A stretch of 64,000 nucleotides of DNA from Bacteroidota bacterium (GTDB lineage Bacteria; Bacteroidota; Bacteroidia; Chitinophagales; LD1): assembly GCA_947478005.1 (NCBI GenBank), contig CANJVG010000002.1, positions 5,463 through 69,462 of the forward strand, in the 5' to 3' direction. The notes under the pieces were generated by a model. That model did no database searches. It had not been told where the DNA came from and saw nothing but the letters and a program-made list of their open reading frames with translations. The position numbers were made by a program, and so were the translations under genes. This document shows, piece after piece, positions 48,304 to 58,252 of this stretch; the stretch's first letter is position 1, and each line of letters starts with the position of its first letter.

Positions 48304-51300
48304 TTATCGAATCAAGGTAGCTGCACCTTTTTCATCTGCCACTATCCCGTTGATATAAACGACATGATACAAAAAGATGTAGGTGCCTATCGGCTGCTCT
48401 TTGCCCCGAATAGTTCCATCCCATCCATCGCCAGTTTGCATATTCAGGTTTTCATACACCATCTCTCCCCAACGATTAAACACTCTGAATTCCAGTTTCT
48501 GCACATTGCGTGTAATGGCTACTAAACGGTCATTCACATTATCGCCATTCGGAGAAAATGCCGTTGGCACTAACACTACAAACTTATCAGGAGCACAAGA
48601 AGTAGGGTCAACTGAAGGGTCTGACAAAGTGGACTGCGCATTTGCCACACAGCCATTGACATCTGTAACTGTTACGCTGTAAGAACCTTTGCGTCTTTGT
48701 TCAATAAACGATGCCGTATCCAGTGAAGAAGTGTTCCACAGATAAACGTATGGGCTTGCTCCGCCTTCGGTAGAAGCAACTACTGCGCCCGTTGAATCGC
48801 CAATGCAAGATGGGTCAATGCCAACTAATTTCACCACAAATGGTAGCGGTTTGTTTACGCTAACGGAACCTGTTGTTGTGCATCCATTCGAATCGGAAAC
48901 AAGCACCGTGTAATTACCAGCGCCTGCTTTCGGATTTTGAAGTGCAGAACTAAAGTTATTGCTTCCGGTCCAACTGTAGGTGAACGGTGACACGCCACCC
49001 GAAAGAACAGTTACTGCGACAGAACCGTTTGAAGAATCTACACAAAGCGGCTCAACTGCTAAAAGTGTTACTACAAACGGCACCGGCAAATTAACGCCAA
49101 CCGTTTCAGAGGCCGTGCAATTATTGGTATCCCTAACCAAAACCGTATAGGTTCCTGCGCCTGCTTGTGGGTTTTGCTGAGTAGAAGTAAAATTGTTGGT
49201 TCCTGTCCAGCTATAAGAATAGCCCGGTGTTCCTCCAGTAACTACAGTAGTAATAGCACCATTGGCCGAATCGGCACATAATGGCGAAGAACCTGTGAGA
49301 GCAATCTGAATAGCTGCTGGTGAAGTAATGGTTCCCGCAACGGTTGTATCGCAACCATTGGCATCCTTAATTCTTACAGAGAACGTGCCTTCACCTAATC
49401 CAGCAACATTTGTAGAGGAAGTAGAATCACTCCAGAAATAATTGTATGGTGCAGTCGCTCCGCTTACAGCAATGGAAGCTGTACTGTTGCTGGCACCATT
49501 GCAAAGTAAATTAGTAGTAGTAAGTGCAATGGAATAAGCAGTAGGTTGACTAAGTGTAGTATCGGACGAAACACTGCAACCGTTTGCATCAGTAATCGTA
49601 ACGGTATGCGTTCCTGCAGCTACATTATTTAGATTTTGAGAAGTGGCATTGGTTGGTGCACTCCATTGATAAGAATACGGCTGCACTCCTCCGTTCACAT
49701 TCACATCCACAATTCCATCTGTTCCACCAGGGCAGCGAGGATTGAAAGTGAAAGAAACATTTGAAGTCAATAATGTTGGCTCTGTAACGGTGTAGGTATT
49801 TCCTGCAGTGCATCCTATATTATCCGTCACCGTTATTGAATAAGTGCCGGGGCCTATATTTGGATTATCCTGAGTGGCCACTGAATTTGACCAGGCAAAA
49901 GTAAGTGGGCTTTGTCCTCCTGTGGAAGAAAGGTATACTCCTCCATTAGCGGCACCAAAGCATTGCACATTCTTCAAACTATCAAGTGTAATAATAACCG
50001 TAGTGGTATTTGGAACGTTTGCTGTAGCTGATGAGGTGCAACCACTGAAATCGGTAACAGTTACATTAAAGTTTCCGGCACAAAGCAATACTGCATTTTG
50101 CAATTGTTGTGGTGGAATTGAGTTCCATGCGTAGGAATAAGGAGTAGTTCCTCCGGCTGCATTAGCCGTTGCTGAACCATCACAGGCGCCTCCACAGGTA
50201 ACCGGATTGCCGGTTGCCAAAACAGAAATTTGCGCAGGAACGTTAATGGTGACAGAGGCCGAAGCATTACATCCATGAGCATCCGTTACAGTAACATTAT
50301 AATTGCCTCCGGTTAATCCCGAAATTGATGTAACGTTTCCGGCATTGTTGCTCCAGGCATAAGTAAATGGCGCAACGCCTCCCTGAATAGTCGAGTTAAT
50401 TTGTCCATCACTGCCACTAAAGCAGGCAACATCCTGTTTCGTAAGATTTACACCGAAAACAGACCCAGGATTATCAGACACCGAAATAGTGAAGGTGCCA
50501 TAGTCGGTTGCTGTTTTTCCATCTACAACTATATAATAGTCGCCTGCCTGGCAGATAGAATAGGAAAGAACAGACTGCGTTCCACAACCATTATCATCGG
50601 AAGTATCGGGAACGGCCTGATTGCAGGCGCTGAATAAATAAAGGTAGCTGTCAAACTGAGCACCGCTCACCCCACAAACAGAAGCTGTAATACCAATAGT
50701 ACCATTTACATGAAATTTATACCACACATCGTTGCCCGGAGAAAGGGTGCTGCTGTTGCCATAACACTCGTTGCTGTTGAAATGAGTAAGCGGAAGTCCG
50801 CCATTGGTAAGCGTTCCTAAATCAATGGCGTTGTTACAGGCATCGCCCTTGGTATAGCGCCAGTAGCTTTCAATTTTTGGATAGTAATAATCCCGGGCTC
50901 CGTTATTGGCTTTAATGTATCCACCGGTGCTTTGGCCATGTGTATACCACTGGCAGGGTGGCCCCAAACGATAATTGAGATTGTTTTTGTAAGGAGAAAC
51001 AGCATTCTGATAATCATCCTCCTCACTAAAAAGGCAGCCGATAAACGGAATATTGGCGCAGCAGGAAGAAGCCTGAAATGTGCAACGGCTACCATTGGTT
51101 CCGCAGGAAGTAATACCGCTGATAACTGCAAAGTCAGTCGGAATATCGTCTTCCCAACAATCCTCTTTTATTTCAAAAAACTGGGGAACAGTAGGTGTTG
51201 GATACGTGTAGTTGAACAACACCGTATTAAAGTCGGCTGAATATTCAGGACCGCCACCCGTCATAGGCAAATCGGCCTGTAAACAGGCACCACCCTGCCA

Positions 51301-51573
51301 GCCAAGTCCACTGATATTTCCCTGGTCTTCTGCCCAATAGTGAAAAGTAAACTCATCACCCGCCAGCGAGCCCGGCAAGTTGAAATTACCTACTTGAAGA
51401 GATACTCCATCAAGGTAGCTGGCACTTGGGTATTGCACTTTTACATCGCGCAACCGAACCTGTAATTGAATAGGCCCATCAGACAAGGTTTGTGCCGAAA
51501 TGATTTGAGCGGCTGAAATGAAAAGGACGGCAGCCACTAATTTTTTGTAAATATTCATCATAGAAAAGTTCAT
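48304..51573 (-). CDS. SprB-repeat protein with gliding-motility-associated (T9SS type B) C-terminal domain
   Basis: Repeated GGxxPYxYxW...GxYxVTVTDxNGC units and VPTAFSPNGDNVND...FNRWGE...WDG. Start at 51573 or 51561. Confidence 0.9.
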   Translation of the reverse strand: MNFSMMNIYKKLVAAVLFISAAQIISAQTLSDGPIQLQVRLRDVKVQYPSASYLDGVSLQVGNFNLPGSLAGDEFTFHYWAEDQGNISGLGWQGGACLQADLPMTGGGPEYSADFNTVLFNYTYPTPTVPQFFEIKEDCWEDDIPTDFAVISGITSCGTNGSRCTFQASSCCANIPFIGCLFSEEDDYQNAVSPYKNNLNYRLGPPCQWYTHGQSTGGYIKANNGARDYYYPKIESYWRYTKGDACNNAIDLGTLTNGGLPLTHFNSNECYGNSSTLSPGNDVWYKFHVNGTIGITASVCGVSGAQFDSYLYLFSACNQAVPDTSDDNGCGTQSVLSYSICQAGDYYIVVDGKTATDYGTFTISVSDNPGSVFGVNLTKQDVACFSGSDGQINSTIQGGVAPFTYAWSNNAGNVTSISGLTGGNYNVTVTDAHGCNASASVTINVPAQISVLATGNPVTCGGACDGSATANAAGGTTPYSYAWNSIPPQQLQNAVLLCAGNFNVTVTDFSGCTSSATANVPNTTTVIITLDSLKNVQCFGAANGGVYLSSTGGQSPLTFAWSNSVATQDNPNIGPGTYSITVTDNIGCTAGNTYTVTEPTLLTSNVSFTFNPRCPGGTDGIVDVNVNGGVQPYSYQWSAPTNATSQNLNNVAAGTHTVTITDANGCSVSSDTTLSQPTAYSIALTTTNLLCNGASNSTASIAVSGATAPYNYFWSDSTSSTNVAGLGEGTFSVRIKDANGCDTTVAGTITSPAAIQIALTGSSPLCADSANGAITTVVTGGTPGYSYSWTGTNNFTSTQQNPQAGAGTYTVLVRDTNNCTASETVGVNLPVPFVVTLLAVEPLCVDSSNGSVAVTVLSGGVSPFTYSWTGSNNFSSALQNPKAGAGNYTVLVSDSNGCTTTGSVSVNKPLPFVVKLVGIDPSCIGDSTGAVVASTEGGASPYVYLWNTSSLDTASFIEQRRKGSYSVTVTDVNGCVANAQSTLSDPSVDPTSCAPDKFVVLVPTAFSPNGDNVNDRLVAITRNVQKLEFRVFNRWGEMVYENLNMQTGDGWDGTIRGKEQPIGTYIFLYHVVYINGIVADEKGAATLIR

Positions 51574-51633
51574 TTTTAGGTGGGTAAAAGTAGTTTTTTT
51601 CGCAAGCCAAGGAAGGTGAGTTTGTATAGGCAT

Positions 51634-51668
51634 AAAAAAAGCGCGGAGGGTGGCCTTCGCGCTTTTTT
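51634..51668. terminator. terminator after the EGF-like lipoprotein gene
   Basis: AAAAAAAGCGCGGAGG...CCTTCGCGCTTTTTT. Confidence 0.75.
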
Positions 51669-51710
51669 GGTTTATAGTTGGTCAGGCGACCAACAACGGC
51701 TTAGCAATGA

Positions 51711-52148
51711 TTATGGAAACGAAAATGTCAGTGAACCACATTTAGACAAAGTCCCAGAACCAGTATATTCAGAAGGATAAAGAACATAGCCACTTACTTG
51801 TGTAGTTTTGATAGAACAATAGCCGGGTGACATGCTGACCGTTAAAGTTCCGTTGCCAGAAACACGACCTTTATAAATACTATTAACATAACAGTTGTAT
51901 GGGTTGCTGCTATAACTGTCGAACACAATATTGCCGGTGTTGTTTATTTCACAAGCGGCCCGATTGTCGTTCTGACAGTTAATGCCAGAAAATCCTGACG
52001 GACAATTGCAAGAGCCGTTAATACAAGAGCTACCATTTAGGCAGACCTTACTTTCACAGGCATCTTTTTTACAACCACTAAAACTTATTGTGAAAGTTGT
52101 AATTGTTAGGATTACCAATAGGTTCGTAAATACTATTCTCATTTTCAT
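51711..52148 (-). CDS. lipoprotein with an EGF-like domain
   Basis: Lipobox FSGC and six-Cys CESKVCLNGSSCINGSCNCPSGFSGINC. Confidence 0.8.
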   Translation of the reverse strand: MKMRIVFTNLLVILTITTFTISFSGCKKDACESKVCLNGSSCINGSCNCPSGFSGINCQNDNRAACEINNTGNIVFDSYSSNPYNCYVNSIYKGRVSGNGTLTVSMSPGYCSIKTTQVSGYVLYPSEYTGSGTLSKCGSLTFSFP

Positions 52149-52245
52149 TGTCTGTTTTTTTATTTTTCGCCTACTCTTTGTTCCCCTTTTCGGCTTACGA
52201 GGTTTTTGTTTTTTATACTTCTTAAAATAATTCCCTACCGATAAA

Positions 52246-52278
52246 AAAATCCTCGCCCAACTACTGAGCGAGGATTTT
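52246..52278 (-). terminator. terminator after 52305-53024
   Basis: AAAATCCTCGCCCA...TGAGCGAGGATTTT. Confidence 0.75.
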
Positions 52279-52304
52279 GAAGACCATAAAAAAGACGGCT
52301 GCTG

Positions 52305-53024
52305 TTACGCTATCACCACTATAATAATATCTGTCCAAGGCCCTGCCAGTTCAGGATGTTTGGTGTTATACCAGCGCCCAAATGCTATCAATCGTTTGCC
52401 CACATTTTGCGGCCCGCAGTGGAACACAAATAGCGCTTTTGTAAAAATCTCCTTCGTCATGCCTGTGTCGTTAGGGTTAGGCATGGGCATTCCCGGCCCC
52501 GGCATGGGCATATTGCCCCCGTCCACAATAGCAAAGGCCAGTTGCAAACTATCGGCTCCATCGGCTTTGCTGGCGCGGTGGTCATCGTGGCTGGTGCGGC
52601 AGCTAAAATCTAAATCGCCCCCGCCCAAGGGCGTAGTTTTTATAGCTACTCCATCCTTAATGCTGGCAGTAGGCGTGGTGGGCGCATGGCGCTCCAACAC
52701 AAAATTAAAGGCATGAGCATCGGCATCGGTAGCTGCCGGGCTTACCGCCATAATATTGAGCAGCGGCTGCCCAAAGGTTTTAAAGCTCGCAATGAATTTA
52801 TGGGTTTCGTCCTTCACCGCAGGGGTGCATTGGTTCGGGTCCTGGTATTTTGGATACAGTGTATCGCGCCAATACACGCGCTTCGTTTTCCAGTCGTCCA
52901 TGTTTTGCCCGCTTAAACCCAGCCGCGTGCCGTTGTCAGGAGGTCCTCCGGCTATTATATAGTTAGCCGTGGTGTTAATGTAACCATTAAAAAGATGAAT
53001 TGTTTCTGGGATTCTACTTGCCAT
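52305..53024 (-). CDS. hypothetical protein (helical N-domain, beta-rich C-domain), related to 6716-7420
   Basis: Shares NxTRLxL, W...Y...TP, a Pro/Gly loop (PMPGPGMPMPNP vs PIPGGGPQPTPNP) and a C-terminal N...AGP motif. Confidence 0.8.
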   Translation of the reverse strand: MASRIPETIHLFNGYINTTANYIIAGGPPDNGTRLGLSGQNMDDWKTKRVYWRDTLYPKYQDPNQCTPAVKDETHKFIASFKTFGQPLLNIMAVSPAATDADAHAFNFVLERHAPTTPTASIKDGVAIKTTPLGGGDLDFSCRTSHDDHRASKADGADSLQLAFAIVDGGNMPMPGPGMPMPNPNDTGMTKEIFTKALFVFHCGPQNVGKRLIAFGRWYNTKHPELAGPWTDIIIVVIA

Positions 53025-53103
53025 AGTTCTAGTATTTTAGAGTAAATAATTGGTTTTGTTGTTAAAAGAGTTGATTCTGTATTTTTTGTCGAAGAATGAA
53101 TGC

Positions 53104-53292
53104 GTTATGTCGTGCGACAGAGGGGTTACTTCTTTAGACAGATAGGTCATGTCGTGTGACATGAGACTTACTTCGTTAGACGGAGGGGCTATGTCGTAAG
53201 AAGCAGGGTTCCTGTCGGGAGACGGAAGATTAACTTCGTTTGACAGAAGGTTTCCTTCGCACGAAGCAAACCTACCTTCGCGCGACATAAAA
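53104..53292. repeat. degenerate 21-bp-period array of 9 quasi-palindromic units (TGTCG/CTTCG-N3-GAC/GAA)
   Basis: Units at 53104, 53125, 53146, 53167, 53188, 53209, 53230, 53251 and 53272. Confidence 0.88.
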
Positions 53293-53347
53293 GAATTAGT
53301 AAGAGAAGTAGTTGGAAATTTAAGCGAGAGTATTATCTGCGCGCATG

Positions 53348-53389
<42 letters not shown>

Positions 53390-53544
53390 AGGTGCAAATA
53401 GTAGAAGGACTTTGCAGTGAGAAGAGAAGAAGTGGTGGTCGAAAAGTTCATTAAAAATGAGCTGTATTTCTGTTAGCGTTGAACAAGGATAGAAAGAAAT
53501 TCTGAATACAAAAAAAATATTTTCAGCCAAAGATTTAGCGGCTT

Positions 53545-54804
53545 TTAGCGCATAGTATCATACCGCTGAGTGTCGAGGCGGATGAAGATGAAAAGCAAAA
53601 CTGTGAACGAAAGCAGCGAGGAGCCGCCATAGCTAATGAAGGGCAAAGGAATACCGATGACCGGAGCCACACCAATGGCCATGCCTATATTAATGAGGAA
53701 ATGGAAGAACAGAATGCTCGCCACACAATAGCCATATACCCGGCTGAACTGCGATTTTTGCCGCTCGGCCACATAGAGCAGGCGATAGAAAAAACCGAGA
53801 AAAGCAATAATGACACCAAAGCTGCCTACAAAACCAAACTCTTCGCCAATAGAGCTGAAGATAAAATCGGTGCTTTGCTCGGGCACAAACTTCAGTTTGG
53901 TTTGGGTGCCCTGCAAGTAGCCCTTGCCCATAAACCCTCCCGAGCCAATGGCAATAATAGATTGGCGAATGTTCCAGTCCTTGCCGTTTTCTACTTCTTT
54001 GCCCAGCAACACATTTATGCGGTCGCGTTGGTGTGGTTTCATTTTGTTGAACGCATAATCTACCGAGAAGACAAAGCCCGAAGCAATCACCCACAGGCCC
54101 AATACGATGCCCGCCATTTTTCGGTTCTTTCTAAAAGAGTAAATGATAAGCAGCGCGAGCACCAACAGCGAACCGACCAGGATATATTTATTGATAAGCA
54201 AGGCCATTACCCCGAGCACAGTGACAGAAGCGCCTACAATCAAAAAATAAGATTCCAGCCCCTCACGAAAAAGAACCAGCGCCAGCGCCACAAATACAAT
54301 AGCCGAACCTGCATCGCCCTGAATTAAAACCAACAACATCGGAAAACCGATAATGGCAAACACGCGCCATTTATCTTTCCATTTGCGAATGTCCACGTTC
54401 AGACCCGAAAGGAATTTGGCCACCGCGAGGCTCACGGCAAACTTGGCCATTTCGCTCGGCTGCATTTGAAATCCGCCTATCCGAATCCAGTTTCGTTGTC
54501 CTTTTACCTCCACGCCCACAAACATTACCAACACCACAAACAACATGAGCATGACATAAAAAACATAGGAGAAGGTGGTGTAGAATCGGGAATCGACAAT
54601 GAGAATAAGGGCCGCAAGAATGACCGATGCTACTATCCATTGAAATTGCTTGCCGCTGTTTACGGTAGAGTCGAAAACACTTTTGCCATCGCCCGAGTAG
54701 GAAGAAGAATAGATAACCGCCCAGCCAAAAAGCACCAACACCGCGTAGAGAACTACGGTTAGCCAGTCTATTTTTCCGGTAAGTGATTCTTGTTTACGGG
54801 CCAC
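53545..54804 (-). CDS. rodA: rod shape-determining protein RodA
   Basis: Motifs QPSEMAK, QSIIAIGSGG, VPEQSTDFIF and GIPLPFISYGGSS. Confidence 0.95.
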   Translation of the reverse strand: MARKQESLTGKIDWLTVVLYAVLVLFGWAVIYSSSYSGDGKSVFDSTVNSGKQFQWIVASVILAALILIVDSRFYTTFSYVFYVMLMLFVVLVMFVGVEVKGQRNWIRIGGFQMQPSEMAKFAVSLAVAKFLSGLNVDIRKWKDKWRVFAIIGFPMLLVLIQGDAGSAIVFVALALVLFREGLESYFLIVGASVTVLGVMALLINKYILVGSLLVLALLIIYSFRKNRKMAGIVLGLWVIASGFVFSVDYAFNKMKPHQRDRINVLLGKEVENGKDWNIRQSIIAIGSGGFMGKGYLQGTQTKLKFVPEQSTDFIFSSIGEEFGFVGSFGVIIAFLGFFYRLLYVAERQKSQFSRVYGYCVASILFFHFLINIGMAIGVAPVIGIPLPFISYGGSSLLSFTVLLFIFIRLDTQRYDTMR

Positions 54805-54898
54805 GTGCTATTTTGGATTTTGGATTTTCGAGGTATGATTGAAATACAAAATTCTCCTGGTTATTATTTGCTTTGTTAAATTCAAAATCCTAAATTTT

Positions 54899-56794
54899 TC
54901 ACTCTTCGCCTTCGCCTTTCATGCCTGCGCTCTTGTTGGTTTTCACTCCATATTTGTGCAGCAGGTTGGCTTCTATCATTCTCTTTTCTATATCCAATCG
55001 CTTGGTGGCTATGGTGTCGTTCAAATATTTTTCAACTAATAAACTGGCTATGGGTGCTGCAAATGCCGAACCGTAGCCTCCGTTCTCAACCACCACGGCA
55101 ATGGCAATTTTAGGTTCATCCTTTGGGGCAAAACCGGCAAACATAGAGTGATTGTCGCCATGTGGATTTTGAGCTGTGCCCGTTTTGCCACAAAGCGTTA
55201 TCCCCTCTACACGGGCCGCTTTCGCAGTTCCAGACTCCACCACTTCAAACAAACCTTCAATCACCGGAATGAAATGTTCCTTGCCAATCAAGGCCTCATG
55301 CACTTCATATTCATGGGTCACATCCTTGTTGGTAACGGGGTCCGTTATTTTCTTTACGATGTGCGGTGTAATCCAATGACCATGATTAGAAATACAGGCA
55401 AAAATATTGGCCATCTGCAAAGGAGTAGTCAGCACTTCTCCCTGACCGATTCCTAAAGAAATAATAGTGGCAAACTTCCATCGGTTCGCGCCATAAATTT
55501 TATCAAAATAATGTACGGTAGGAATATTTCCCCGCACTTCACTCGGCAAATCAATGCCAGTTTTCACACCCAAGCCAAAACTGTTGCAGATTTTCACCCA
55601 CTTGTCATACGACTGCGAAACACTCATCCCCGGATTTTTCTCCAATGAATTTCGAAACGTTTGGCAAAAATAAGGATTGCATGACTGCGCGAGCGCATAT
55701 TGAATATTGGTTGGAGAAGGGTGTTTGTGCGAGCAGTGGACAATCACACCACCGGCATTATACGCCTCATTGCATGGATAGGCATAATTAATTCCCTGTA
55801 CCCCTTCATCCAAAGCAATAAGAGCAACTACCGGTTTAAACGAAGAGCCCGGAGGATAAGTAGCAAGAGTGGGGCGTGAATACAAAGGCAACAATGAATC
55901 GGTAAGAAGCGCATTAAAGTTTTTTCCACGCACCGCTCCACAAAGTAAGTTAGGGTCATAACCCGGGCTACTCACCAATGCAATAATTTCTCCGGTGTTG
56001 GGTTCAATGGCCACCACACTTCCTTTTTTGTTTTGCATCAATTGCTCTGCATACTCCTGCAATTTTATATCGAGCGTAGTAATCACATTATCTCCCGATA
56101 TGGCCAGCGTATCAAACTCGCCCTTGCTCAAAGACCCCATTTCGCGATTGTGCACGTCCACAAAAACAAATTTCTTTCCGCGCTTGCCGCCTAATTCCTT
56201 TTCATACACTTTCTCAATTCCGCTCTTCCCTACATAGTCGCCAGGCTTATAATATCCTTCCGAAGATTCAATTTGCCTTTCACTTACCTCACCAATATCT
56301 CCAAGAATAGTAGCCCCCACCCTATGAGGATATTTTCGAATCGTTCTTACCTGACCAAAAAACCCGGGAAAGAGATAAAGTGATTCCTGCAATCGCGAAT
56401 AATCGCGTAGTGAAAGCTGTTTCATAAAGACATTCGGCTTGTAGGAAGAGAATCCTTTCACCTTCATCAACTCCTTGAACTGATGCAGGCATTCTTCTTT
56501 AGCAATACCCAACATCCCCGCCAACTTGGCCGTGTCGATTCCCTTTGCTTGCCGGGGAGTTATCATCAAATCATAAATGGCTTCGTTGTAAACTATTAGT
56601 TCGCCTTTGCGGTCATAGACCATTCCTCGAGTCGGATAAACATCCACTTCCTTAATGGCGTTGTTTCTGGCAAGCGAAATGTATTTGGTGTCAATAACCT
56701 GTAAGTAAAACAGCCGCAACACAAACACCACTGCGAAAGCAACGATGATGATTAGAATAACCTGATGGCGGTTTTTAAATAGGTCTTTGCTCAC
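54899..56794 (-). CDS. mrdA: penicillin-binding protein 2
   Basis: Motifs PGSSFK (SxxK), SCN (SxN) and GKTGTAQ, in mre operon context. Confidence 0.95.
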   Translation of the reverse strand: MSKDLFKNRHQVILIIIVAFAVVFVLRLFYLQVIDTKYISLARNNAIKEVDVYPTRGMVYDRKGELIVYNEAIYDLMITPRQAKGIDTAKLAGMLGIAKEECLHQFKELMKVKGFSSYKPNVFMKQLSLRDYSRLQESLYLFPGFFGQVRTIRKYPHRVGATILGDIGEVSERQIESSEGYYKPGDYVGKSGIEKVYEKELGGKRGKKFVFVDVHNREMGSLSKGEFDTLAISGDNVITTLDIKLQEYAEQLMQNKKGSVVAIEPNTGEIIALVSSPGYDPNLLCGAVRGKNFNALLTDSLLPLYSRPTLATYPPGSSFKPVVALIALDEGVQGINYAYPCNEAYNAGGVIVHCSHKHPSPTNIQYALAQSCNPYFCQTFRNSLEKNPGMSVSQSYDKWVKICNSFGLGVKTGIDLPSEVRGNIPTVHYFDKIYGANRWKFATIISLGIGQGEVLTTPLQMANIFACISNHGHWITPHIVKKITDPVTNKDVTHEYEVHEALIGKEHFIPVIEGLFEVVESGTAKAARVEGITLCGKTGTAQNPHGDNHSMFAGFAPKDEPKIAIAVVVENGGYGSAFAAPIASLLVEKYLNDTIATKRLDIEKRMIEANLLHKYGVKTNKSAGMKGEGEE

Positions 56795-56809
56795 AGAAAG
56801 AATGGAGGA

Positions 56810-57331
56810 TTAAGCAAAACGTTTTTTCTTCTTGCTCGAAAACAGGAAAAGAAAAATCAGCATAAAAAAAACAGAACACAACACACTCAGAAAGATTTTG
56901 AGCAGCATGAAAAAGAAATTGAGAAAAGTGGCTGCTTCCACAAAGAAATAAAGGGTGAGATAAATGAACATGGTGATACCCAAATAGACAATAAACCAAG
57001 TAGTGCCTTGCGCAAAGATATTCGGGCTGATTTCAAATTCAGTCCCTTTGGGAGTAATGATATTAATAAGAAAAGGACGAAGATACCCGATCAGTAAACA
57101 GGCGGCAGCGTGCATGCCGATGGAGCCCAGAAAATAATCGAGCAAAAGTCCTGATGAGAAACCAACAAGCATCAATAGCCAACGCGGAGTTTCAAAAGGC
57201 AGCAACAAAATAAAAAGAGGAAAAACGTACGGATTGATAAACGAACTGTAATTCACGTTGCTGAAAATGAGAATCTGCGCGAGGAGCAACAAAACAAGCC
57301 GGAAGAGATTGATAGGAATTTGACTAATCAT
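56810..57331 (-). CDS. mreD: rod shape-determining protein MreD
   Basis: Multi-TM protein with GLLLD...GMHAAA, between mreC and mrdA. Confidence 0.88.
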   Translation of the reverse strand: MISQIPINLFRLVLLLLAQILIFSNVNYSSFINPYVFPLFILLLPFETPRWLLMLVGFSSGLLLDYFLGSIGMHAAACLLIGYLRPFLINIITPKGTEFEISPNIFAQGTTWFIVYLGITMFIYLTLYFFVEAATFLNFFFMLLKIFLSVLCSVFFMLIFLFLFSSKKKKRFA

Positions 57332-57334
57332 TCT

Positions 57335-58165
57335 TTATTTCACTAAACTGTCGAGTGATTGAATTTCTACCTTCTTCATATCATTCACTACATAGACATA
57401 GCCCAAACTTCCAAAATTGGTGGAAAGGTTAACTGTGATTTCTAAAAAATTTTTGTCGGCTTCCATCTTTAAACTTTTCACCGTGCCTATCATTATGTTG
57501 CGCGGAAACAATTGAGAGAAGCCGCTGGTTACCAGAGTGTCTCCAATCTTTACGGGCACGTGTTTCGGAATATCTTCAAGGCTGGCAGTAGTAGAATTAA
57601 TTCCATCCCAATGTAGGTTTCCAAAGAAATCATTCTTCTTGAACCGGGCACTCACTTTAAATTCTTTACTAAGCACACTCATCGCTGCCGAATAATTATC
57701 GGTTACACTTACAACCTGCCCAACAATGCCATTAGCGTTGATTACCCCCATTTGCTTTTGCACTCCTTGCAATCTACCGCGGTCAAGAAAAATGAGATTC
57801 GATGCTTCGTTTACTGAATTGCGAATAACGCGGGCGGTGATGTAAGTATACCGCTGAACATTTTTTGCAGTCGAGTCGCTGATATGGCCCGAATCAATTT
57901 TGCAGATATACTTCGAATCAAGCAATTGAGCACGCAAATAAGCATTCTCTTTCACGAGGCTATCGTTGTAATTGCGCAAATAGAAATAATCACTCACTCC
58001 CTGATACAAAGAATACACTTTTCCGCTCGCTTCATTGGCCATATTCATATACGCGACCTGATTGTAATGCTTGTTTTGATAAATCAGGTAAACGCAAAAA
58101 GTTTCGAGCGAAAGAAAAAGCAGAAGCAGATAATAGCGAAGGAAGAACTGATAGAGATTATACAT
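57335..58165 (-). CDS. mreC: rod shape-determining protein MreC
   Basis: Motifs LVKENAYLR, MGVI...GIVG and GDTLVTSGFSQLFP. Confidence 0.93.
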   Translation of the reverse strand: MYNLYQFFLRYYLLLLFLSLETFCVYLIYQNKHYNQVAYMNMANEASGKVYSLYQGVSDYFYLRNYNDSLVKENAYLRAQLLDSKYICKIDSGHISDSTAKNVQRYTYITARVIRNSVNEASNLIFLDRGRLQGVQKQMGVINANGIVGQVVSVTDNYSAAMSVLSKEFKVSARFKKNDFFGNLHWDGINSTTASLEDIPKHVPVKIGDTLVTSGFSQLFPRNIMIGTVKSLKMEADKNFLEITVNLSTNFGSLGYVYVVNDMKKVEIQSLDSLVK

Positions 58166-58252
58166 AAACGCACAATTAGCGAATTAGCGGATGTGAGAAT
58201 TAAACTTGCACCAAGAAGTTCCGGACCTCATTCTCACATTCGCTAATTAGAT

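Noticed and set aside
48304..50420. SprB/PKD internal repeats as diversity-generating retroelement template/variable repeats
   Set aside because: They are ordinary diverged domain repeats, with no near-identical pair differing at adenines and no reverse transcriptase.
53701..54762. Long antisense ORFs over rodA and similar shadow ORFs elsewhere
   Set aside because: They lie opposite well-supported genes and have no recognisable motifs.
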